From positions 1 through 64,000 of the forward strand of contig NIVC01003859.1 of NCBI GenBank assembly GCA_002269645.1: a stretch of 64,000 bases of DNA, read 5' to 3'. The DNA is from Macrostomum lignano (Eukaryota). Position numbers and translations under genes: made by a program. Under the pieces are notes generated by a model. It had not been told where the DNA came from and ran no database searches. It saw nothing but the letters and a program-made list of their open reading frames with translations. Shown here one piece after another: positions 55,000-64,000 of the stretch (the stretch's first letter is position 1; every line of letters begins with the position of its first letter).

Positions 55000-57900
55000 T
55001 AAGGAATCACCCAATCAAGCAAGTCTAGGTAGCCTCTCACCCAACCAATCAGAAACTCCACAGCCGGATTCCAGGTAATCCACAGTGACCGATTCGGCTT
55101 AGTACTTCGCAGCAGTAGGTCCGGGATGATGCTGTCACAACCTTCGCAAATAGCTAGCAGGTGTTGATCTTATCCTTGATGATCGTTGCTGTTTACCAGG
55201 GGAAATTCGTCCTTGATGATGATGGGGGGTAGTCGCGATCCGGGGATCAAGACACTGATGAGGATGCACTTTTCCCAAATTCCACGCTAGCGCATGGGCT
55301 CTAAACTTGCTAGCCTACTAACAGCAGGTTATGGGCATTTTTCTCCTTTTTTCGTAATTTTTCTAGAATTCATACTAGTAGGACTTTTGTAGCTATATGA
55401 ATCTGCCATACTTGTAGTTATAATAACATAGGCGCGGTTTTTTTGCTACCTTTGGGGTCATAAATCATTGCTTTTGAGCTGGTCTGACAGCCACCTGCGC
55501 CTCACTCAGTGTTGAGACTGGCGCCAGATGGTCTGAGAGGATGTGAGCGGTAGCTTTTTTCTCATCATTTTGACAGGCCATCAAAATATATGAGGTCAGG
55601 GCCTATTGTTCGTGTTCACTCAAGCGTTTGACAGCTTTGACAGCTATGCGTTTTACCCCTAAAAGTACTTTGGGATTAGCGATTAGCAATTTCTCTTCAT
55701 TATCTTCACTTTCTGCCTAATAAGAGCTTTCTAATGTATATTTTTTCATTAACTCATTTTAAGCTCATTTTAACAAATCGGCTCAGCCAATCAGAATCGA
55801 CGTGTTCCATTATAACAAACTGCGGTCCAGTTGGCGGCTATTTAAACCGGTGTTTTTGGCCCGCTCGCACTTCAACCTGCGGTTACCCTGGTACCGGTTC
55901 AACCACTGCAAACCCTTTCTGGAGACCGGCCAGGAACTTGCTCTATCTGACCGTCGTTTCTTGATCCCCGGATTGCAACTCCCCCCACCATCATCAAGGA
56001 CGAATTCCCCCGGTCATCAGCAGTGAACATCAAAGTCGAGAGCATCACCTGCTAGCTATCTGCGAAGGTTGTGACATCAGCATCATCCCGGGTCTACAGC
56101 TACGAAGCACTAAGCCGATTCGGTCACTGTGGATTACCCGGTCTCCGGCTGTTGAGTTTCTGATTGTGATGAGGACGCACTTTTTTCCAAACCCCGCGCT
56201 AGCACATGGGCTCTAAACTTACTAGCCTACTAACAGTGGGCAATGGGCATTTTTATCCTTTTTCTGCGAATTTTCATAGAATCTATACTAGATATAATGT
56301 CTGGTCATACTATGTAGTCATAATAACATAGGCGCAGCTTTTTGGGTCATAAATCATCGCTTTCGAAGCTGGTCTGACAGCCACCTGCGCCTCCCTCAGT
56401 GTTGAGGCGGGCGCCAGATGGTCTGAGAGGATGCGGGCGGTAGCTTTTTCTCATCATTTTGACAGGCCATCAAGATTTATGAGGTCAGAGCCTATTGTTC
56501 GTGTTCACTCAAGCGTGTGACAGCTTTGACAGCTATGCGTTTTACCCCTAAAAGTACCTTGGGATTAGCGATTAGTGATTTCTCTTCATTATCTTCACTT
56601 TCTATTTAATAAGAGCTTTCTAATGTATATATTTTTTCATTAATTTCTGTCAATCCTACGCGAAAAGTCATAAATCATTTTGTTGCGATTTTTTTTGATT
56701 TATGGCCGCACCTGTCATCTTTTTACGACCCTGTGGGAACTGATAGGATCTCCCGGTCACGTGATTCTGGGTGGCAACAAGCTTAGCCAATCAGAAAATT
56801 CGGCGCTCATTTTAACAAATCGGCTCAGCCAATCAGAATCGACGTGTTCCATTATAACAAACTGCGGTCCAGTTGGCGGCTATTTCCGTAGCATCATCCC
56901 GGGTCTACAGCTGCGAAGCACTAAGCCGATTCGGTCACTGTGGATTACCTGGTCTCCGGCTGTTGAGTTTCTGATTGGTTGGGTGAGAGGCTATCTAGAC
57001 TTGCTTGATTGGGTGATTCCCTGTCTGTCCCCTGCTTCAGTAGCTGGATTAGGCGCACACTTTTGCTCTTTTTGTTCAGTAGTGCTGTTGCTGAGGCAGA
57101 AGTCATTCAATAATACTGCTAGTAGTCTAAACTCCAATTCAATCTGAAGTGTGAAGTGATCTAAGGAGAAGGTTAAATCTAACAGTTATTTTTATCGGTT
57201 TTATTTCTTTGTTCGCCGATGGCTCGGATGAGTGGCTAAGCTAGTAGGCGCCGGTCATAGTGGACCAATGGCAAGGCAGTTCTCAGTCGATCAATCTATC
57301 AAATCAGTTAGCAAAATTGCCAGTAGTGCAGTATCGGCGCCAGAGATGTATTTTGTGCACTCTAGGTTCGCCAAGCGGCTCGGGTAATGAATCATGCGGT
57401 CTCTGAAGTTCGAGTTAGTCTATCATCAGCGCTATGAGAGGCTAGTTGGCGCGTTGAAGGCCAAAAATGCAATTCTTCGTATTTAGCAATGTGATAGTAC
57501 ATGTAACTACCCCATAGTCTCGCAACTGCAAGAATCCCCTGCACAAGTCCCCTCTGTACCTCATGGCCAATGCGATCTAGTCCAAGCAGTGTCCCAATTA
57601 ACATTGGCTATGACTTCGAGATTGACAGCAAAAAGACACTAGTTGGCAGGTAAGTGCAAAGCCCCTTCTAGTCGGAAGCCCGATTTCGAGAGTCCCGGTG
57701 TGGTGAGCCAGGATCCGTACGGGTTGGTGGCAGCGAGTTAGCTAACCTACGGGTTAACTAATTTCTACCTTCAAAATTCTCCCTGCTTGTCTCTCGCTGT
57801 CCCTCTCTTAGCTATAGGACCTAGACTGCTCGCCACAGATCAAGCTACCATGGGGCTGACCATCTGACAGGAGTGGGGGGCCAGGACTCTAATTGATTTA

Positions 57901-58568
57901 TTTCTGAGACCTGACGCCCGAAGGCTTCCCCACAAGGGGGCCATAAGTTCGAAACCCATCAACACGACGGTCGAGCTCCGGGAACTAGAAGTTGCGTGCT
58001 GGGTCCGAGCAGGTTGAGGTCCGAGCGGGCCGAGAACACTGGTTTATATAGCCGCCAACTGGACCGCAATTTGTTAGAATGAAACACCTCGACGCTGATT
58101 GGCTGAGCCGATTTGTTATAACTGACGTCGAATTTTCTGATTGGCTGAGCTTGTTGCCGCCTAAACTCACGTGACCAGAAGATCCTATCAGTTCCCTCGG
58201 GGCCATAAAAATACGTACGCCAGGTGTTGTCGTAAATCACTCAAAATCATTGCATATGGCCTGTCAAAAATGATGAGAAAAAAGCTACCGCCCGCATCCT
58301 CTCAGACCATCTGGCGCCCAGCCTCAACACTGAGTGAGGCGCAGGTGGCTGTCAGACCAGCTCAAAAGCAATGATTTATGACCCCAAAAGTAGCAAAAAC
58401 TGCACCTATAGTATTATAACTACAAGTATGGCAAAATCATATAGTTAAAAAGATTATGAATTCTAGAAAAATTACATAAAAAGGAGAAAAATACCCATGT
58501 TAGTAGGCTAGCAAGTTTGGAGCCCATGTGCGAGCGTGAAATTTGGAAAAAAGTGCGTCCTCATCATT
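55000..58568. repeat. Mosaic of long direct and inverted repeats with TGATGAGGA.GCA termini and CCAAT/TATA-like blocks
   Basis: Arm starts at ~55256 and ~56167 and an inverted arm ends at 58568; 55050-55250 is inverted relative to 55960-56165 and 56890-57010; agccaatcag x2 plus tatttaaa/tatataaa. Confidence 0.75.
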
Positions 58569-58756
58569 ATACTTTAATACTTTTACACAAAATATCTATT
58601 AAACGAAGACGGTGACATCAATTAGTTATCATCAAAATGTGTAAGTTGCACGCATACTGTATGAATTCGCGTGATATTACGGTTTTTTAATGCTTGCTAG
58701 CCCAGTTGCTTATTTTGCTAATGATGAGTATTTATACTCATTTACATGTACATACT

Positions 58757-59095
58757 ATGGTTCGTGCAGCGTACGCCGCGGGTGGCAGCGAGACGACCGA
58801 CTCCCTGTACCAGCGAGCGCGCCTGACACGGCCTTCTGTCCTGCTGAGTAAGCGGCGTCTGCAGCTTGCAGGGCATGTCGAAGCCTAGCTACTGCCCAGA
58901 ACCGCTACAGGACGTCCTACTGTGGACTCCCCAGGGACCACGCAGGCGCGTACAGGTACGATCTAGCGGCTCGCTACATCGACCGTCTTTTCGATGAAGA
59001 CGGCGTGAAGCACGTCCAAGACCTTGCCCTGAAGCGCGCGATTTGACGCTCCCCCCCTTTGGCCACTTATGGTCCAGCCGTACAAATAACATTTG
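58757..59095 (+). pseudogene. 5'-truncated non-LTR retrotransposon (RTE-like) RT C-terminal fragment
   Basis: LY.RARL..PS..L..RRLQLAGH ... P.QDVLLW.P....R pattern of RTE-clade RT tails; frameshifted. Confidence 0.65.
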
Positions 59096-59300
59096 TTAAA
59101 TATACGGCCGAGCCATCTGTAGACTGATGATGTAGTTACTGGGTTATATCGACGGCTCAGCCCTAAAAATACCCACTGCCGAATTACATCTCTGCAATAT
59201 ATATATATGCGTACTCGTACTAAATCTATAAGATCTGACCGGTATTTCGATCCGCAGCCTGAATGTCTGAACAGGCTTTTTTCAAACTTGCTTTATTTAA

Positions 59301-61688
59301 CCATTTGGAAGCCAAAGGCCTGCACTGCAGGCCATACCGAAACGGCTCAAAAACCCAGAGATTGAAAAATGTCTATGGCATGAAAAACCATCCCCCAGTC
59401 ACTAAAGCAAGTGCCCAATATGGCCTGCTGTGCAGGTCATGATTAATTTAAAGAAGCCCTGCATAATGCATTTCCGTTATGTTTTCACTCAAATGTTAAA
59501 TGTGAAATAAGCGTGCACAGTGAAAACATGAGGTGATGCACAAATTTATGGTCGTATTAAATTTTAATCTCCTCACTACTGACCTACGAGTATTAGTATT
59601 AGTATTAGTATAGTATTAGTATTAGTATAACTAGTTTTAAACAAATACAAAATTTAACTGCATGGTTCCAAACAAAACAAGGACATGAAAAGAAAAGTGT
59701 AACAGGGTTCAAGTTAGGAGACGCCAATGCAGGATCGCTCGTGGGACTTCAATGTGTCTCGTGCCAGATCCTGAAGCATGGATCTGGACAGAGACCAGGA
59801 TTTCCGGGACAGTGGCTGCAGCAAAATACTGTCTTCTTAGCTGGAACGTCAGGTTTCAAAGAGCACATTCGGCATCGTTTGCTTGGGCGAGCCTGGGCTT
59901 CCGTTGCTGGGAGTCTCATCGGTGAATGAATTGGACGGTTAGCCTGCATCGGGGCTGGAACCTGAGTCGGTGGCCGAGCGCGTCCCGGTCCTGAGTTGCG
60001 GATCAGCGTCTTGATACTATTCTCTAGGAAAGTCAAAAATTTGGCTGTCCCACCACATTTCTTGTACAGCGTCCAAGCGTTTCGTACAAGCGTGAGAATC
60101 AGGTGAAACGCGACTTTCTGGAACCATTTGTAGGACTTACGATTTGGATGGTAGAGATGCACGGACGCATCAAGTCGATCAACACCGCCCATGTTGCGAT
60201 TGTACTGGATGACAGCCGTTGGCTTCGGAATTTGATCAACTTGACCACCGCGACGAACTCTGCGAACATCAGTGCAAGCGGCAGGCATGCTTGTGTCCAG
60301 AAGGTAGACAACCTTTGTTCCCGAGGCCTTTCTGTCTGCTAGCTTGATAGCGAGTGTCTGATTGCACCTCATGAAGCCCTGACCCGGAGCAACCACTAAT
60401 TTTTCTTGCAATTCTCTCGGGATTCCACGATCCTTTTGAACAGTCCCGGTGAGCAAGGCCTTTTTTTCAAACAAGTAGATAGCCAATCTGTGTGATGTAA
60501 ACCAACTATCCGTGTATATGTGGTATCCTTCACCCAGTAGTTCGCGGCTAAGCTCAACAACGACTCGTTCGCTCATGGAGAGCTCATCGCATTGGAGACC
60601 GGCACCGAAGGTTGCGTGTTCGGCCTCAACAGAATGCAGCAGGAAATTCCACAGGTATCCCGTCGTGGACTCAGTCAGACAATACAGTTTGATGCCGTAC
60701 TTTGCCTTCTTGCTTGGAATATACTGCTTCAGCAGAAGTCTCCCCTTGTATAGAATCAGCGTCTCATCGATGGCGACATCCTGCTCTGGTCGATAGGTTT
60801 CGCGACAAATTCGGCTAATCAAGTCCAGAAAAGGCCTTACTTTGCACAGTGGGTCGTTGATATCGAACTCTCGGCAGTCGTAGCACCGGAAGTAGGCCAG
60901 TAGCTGAGGAAATCGCCAACGGGGAAGGCTCTCGGCTTGCTGAAAATATGGATTCCGATACATGACGTCTGTGGACCAGTAGTGGCGTATGGTCGGCTTG
61001 CTGTTGATGCCCATGAAGAGCACCATGCCCAGAAACTTTTTCATCTCGGCCACACAGCATGGTTTAAGAGCAGACAGTCCAGCAGGCAACTCTTCCTCGC
61101 CAGTTTCTGCACTCTCCTGCTGAAACTCCCTGACTGACAACCACATTCTCTCATTGGTCCATGTGACAAGACTGGTGAGAAACGCTTCAGTCAGGAAGAT
61201 TGATAAAAATTCCGCCATACTTTCGTCTGGATTTTCTGGCAGATCGATGCTTGGATTGATGGTCGAAAACCCTCGGAATTCCGGCACCCGGTCGTGGTCA
61301 AACGAGTTGTCACTTCCAGGGGCTACTTCAACCCATTCCGCGGCCGCCTCATCTTGGCTCTGATCAGTTTCTGGATCCATGCTTTCCGACTCCGTTTCTG
61401 ACTCAAAAACCGTCGACTCATCGCTTGATAAAGCGTCATCCGAATCGGAATCGAGTCCCAGTCTGCGCAATGCGTCACTTTTAGCTGTCCTTTTCGGGCG
61501 CGTAGAAGCCATTTGTGAGTAGGAAGGTTTGAACAGGAGCTGGCAGAAAAACTCTGTGGTATACTTTACTTCTGGGCTTTTAGGGTGTGCACTCGATTCA
61601 GAAAAAAAGACAAATTTGTCTATGGACTGCTCTGCAGGCCTTTGGGCTTTTAAGCGATCTTACAGAACCAAGCTTGGGCGCGAAGTGG
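59301..61688 (-). mobile_element. piggyBac-superfamily transposon (2388 bp) with TTAA TSD
   Basis: TTAA|CCA at 59297-59303 and TGG|TTAA at 61686-61692; imperfect terminal IR; subterminal ccaaaggcctgca..gcag.ccata repeats at both ends. Confidence 0.8.
59749..61512 (-). CDS. Intact piggyBac-like DDD transposase (587 aa) with C-terminal Cys-rich domain
   Basis: AIDET, YTDSWFTS and MGGVDRLD catalytic Asp motifs; KYGIKLY; CRMC...CSHC....LC...CF..WH. Confidence 0.93.
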   Translation of the reverse strand: MASTRPKRTAKSDALRRLGLDSDSDDALSSDESTVFESETESESMDPETDQSQDEAAAEWVEVAPGSDNSFDHDRVPEFRGFSTINPSIDLPENPDESMAEFLSIFLTEAFLTSLVTWTNERMWLSVREFQQESAETGEEELPAGLSALKPCCVAEMKKFLGMVLFMGINSKPTIRHYWSTDVMYRNPYFQQAESLPRWRFPQLLAYFRCYDCREFDINDPLCKVRPFLDLISRICRETYRPEQDVAIDETLILYKGRLLLKQYIPSKKAKYGIKLYCLTESTTGYLWNFLLHSVEAEHATFGAGLQCDELSMSERVVVELSRELLGEGYHIYTDSWFTSHRLAIYLFEKKALLTGTVQKDRGIPRELQEKLVVAPGQGFMRCNQTLAIKLADRKASGTKVVYLLDTSMPAACTDVRRVRRGGQVDQIPKPTAVIQYNRNMGGVDRLDASVHLYHPNRKSYKWFQKVAFHLILTLVRNAWTLYKKCGGTAKFLTFLENSIKTLIRNSGPGRARPPTQVPAPMQANRPIHSPMRLPATEAQARPSKRCRMCSLKPDVPAKKTVFCCSHCPGNPGLCPDPCFRIWHETH

Positions 61689-62717
61689 TTAAATGGAAAT
61701 TCTTGTGAATAACTTTCTGTTATTTGTTTCTTGATTGTTTCATCCGTCGAAGTTTTTTGTCATTGTTATTCCAAGGTGGGATATGTTTGGGAATTAGGCT
61801 AGCTTATTGATTTTATTTGAACTGCGTGATTATAAGTGTTTATTATTCAGTTCGCTGTGTGCACTGATCTAGCCCGATTAGTGTTTCACCCACCTCTTAT
61901 ATGTATACTCTGCATGGTTTGTTAGTCCGGTACTGACTGCAAATAAATGTCATCGTAATTGGGCACGCCAGCCCTGCTTTCGGTTTGGTCTTCTCGTCTA
62001 GCTTGAGCCTCAGCTCCAAACAGTTTGGTCTCTTCATTTCTACAGTACAGGCACCACAAAGACGCGGCCCACCCCCACTGACCCACTCAGTGATCAGTTT
62101 CTGATCCAATTCGCCCATTTCGGTTTCTTTGGGAACGTGTTGAAATTATTGCTGGGCGCAAACCGAATGGCTATGAGCGCTCTGTGACTGATGACTGTGA
62201 CGTCAGAACTGATCGCTAAGCGTTAAACTATACTTGATCAAGCCTATTATGGCAGCTGAATGTAGCGATCAAATTGGTGTCGGTGCTGCGCACGAGTGCT
62301 TGTTGGCATCAACGTTAAGTATTAGAGTTGACAAAAAGCAACAAAAATCATTAAAGCTTAAATTTAATAATAAAAACGGATTGCAATAAATTATTACAGC
62401 ATATTATTTTATATAGACTAGAAGATAGCAAATAATAATACGAACAAAACACTGTATTTTGCATTCAGTATAAAATATTGCTAATCAAACCCAGCACACA
62501 AACTGCATAAAATTTAAAAATACTCGTAGAAGCTGGTGTGTAAAATACTAGATAATGTCCAATAAGAACGGAGCAAGTAGGCAATAAGCAATTGAACTAA
62601 TTAAAAAGATTCCTAGTAAAACAAGCTCACTAAAAATTTTACTACTGTAGACTAGTCAACAGCTAAAATTGCTATAGGCTAGTGAAACATTTACTGGTTA
62701 AAAAATTATTTCTCCAT

Positions 62718-63965
62718 TCACTCACAGTTCGAGCAGACTTCGGATGCAGCAGCTCCGGTCAGCTTTGCCCGCCACTTACGGCAGCGGTGCAGGCAGTAGC
62801 GGCACATCTGGCAGAAGAACACGGCGCCCAGTAGCCACATGACGGCCGCACCCAGACGGCCCAGCAGATCGGTGCGCGGGTTCAACCAGTAGGACACTGC
62901 CAGGCAGCTACCCAGACAGAGCCGCAGGATGCCGAATGTACTGAAGAAGGCGAGCTCAACTGCCAGTAGCTGCCATGTATGCGACTGGCCCCGCTCCCGC
63001 ATGAACCAGCGCAGCTGCAGGAGCGGGTTGGTCAGCTCTGAGCCTCCAACAGTGGCTGCCAGCTCTGGACCCCATTTTCCTGCAGCCAGAGCCACTGAGA
63101 GACCAAGAATGCTGGCGCAGTGATGGAACAACATTACCAGGCCTTCAGTGTCGAAGTACAGACACCAGAGCAGGTCGAACAGAAAGTAGCCAAGGCATGC
63201 AATAAAGAGGACTCTTTCGAGTAGCGTTTGGGCCAAACCTATAATGTATATAATGTAAACATTATAGGCAAAATAAGTCTGCAATCTAGGACACAATGCA
63301 CTTCTCAACTTTTCCCTATGCTGTTAATTTATATTTTAAGTTAGGAATTTCCTCAGCGTTCCTTGCCTTGAAATTTTCTCAGACCTTCATCCCCCGTATT
63401 CCAAACCTTTAGTGTATGCCACTGCCGCGTCTGAAGACATTCAGTAGGTGCTCATTCATGTATGGGGGCAAACTTGGACTTACCTAGCTGTTTGAACTGG
63501 CAACTACTGGTGACTGGTGATTTTGTACTGGTGAGTAGCTATCGGATGAGAGCAGTCCCTTAACTGCTCCGTCCAATAGCGACCTAAATGTGAATCTGAG
63601 CTTCAGTATTTCAGAGGGTTTCGCTTCCAACTACTTACAGTAGGTGCCCCTCCCTAGTCTTACTACCAAACAGTTAAGCAAGACGCACCTTGATACTTGT
63701 GATAAAACGCGTTTCTCCCTGTCACAAAGGTGTCAAACAAGGCTAGCCCTGAGACCAGGAAGGCGTGGGCCACAGTCACTAGACGGCAGTGCCACTCGTA
63801 CCTGTGCTTTGGCAGGGAGTAGCACAGGAACATGTAAACTGAACACCACAGCAGGAACGCTCCCAGCACCTGCACAATCAGCCAACTGTACTGCACAGAG
63901 CAGCGGTCGCCATGGAAACTGGCAAGGGTTTCCCTAAAAAGCCAGGCAACTAAAGCACTAGCCAT
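62718..63965 (-). CDS. TLCD5: TLC-domain protein resembling TLCD5/TMEM136; coding exons 63965-63689 and 63238-62718
   Basis: YEWHCRLVT..H, GYFLFDL.WC.YF..EG..ML.HH, SELTNPLLQLRWF.RE.G; phase-1 GT-AG intron 63688-63239. Start codon is near the window edge, so upstream exons are possible. Confidence 0.85.
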
Positions 63966-64000
63966 CCAAGAAGATGGGTGACGTTTTGCCGAGCTGAAAT

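Noticed and set aside
61897-62118. 73-aa ORF between piggyBac and TLCD5
   Set aside because: No recognisable domain or convincing splice context.

Overview
Transposon-rich genomic DNA from an invertebrate animal (AT-rich introns/intergenic DNA, GC-richer exons; species not determinable from sequence alone). It holds two host genes. One is an 8-exon LAP-family gene (LRR array + single PDZ; Erbin/Densin/LET-413-like, + strand, 20807-35470). The other is a TLC-domain gene resembling TLCD5/TMEM136 (- strand, 62718-63965). The main accessory feature is a fully delimited 14.3-kb Polinton/Maverick (40704-54999: AGTAG...CTACT ends, ~420-460 bp TIRs, 6-bp TSD TAAGGA). Its major and minor capsid, A32-like ATPase, retroviral-like integrase and parvovirus-type PLA2 ORFs are open. 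Its pPolB has an in-frame stop and is 3'-truncated, and no adenain-like protease is visible. It also carries two orphan ORFs next to the TIRs and a pair of related GGCCAAAA hairpins bracketing the core genes. Other elements: a 3-LTR tandem Gypsy dimer under one TSD in LAP intron 3; a degenerate Gypsy whose 5' LTR has collapsed into a fold-back; a 720-bp Gypsy remnant retaining both termini; a solo LTR; an intact piggyBac; a MULE-like element with exon-like cargo; MITEs; Helitron, mariner and RTE fragments; and a mosaic of long inverted/direct repeats into which the Polinton inserted. No CRISPR, rRNA or tRNA genes were recognised. All homology calls rest on motif recognition by eye; no searches were run.
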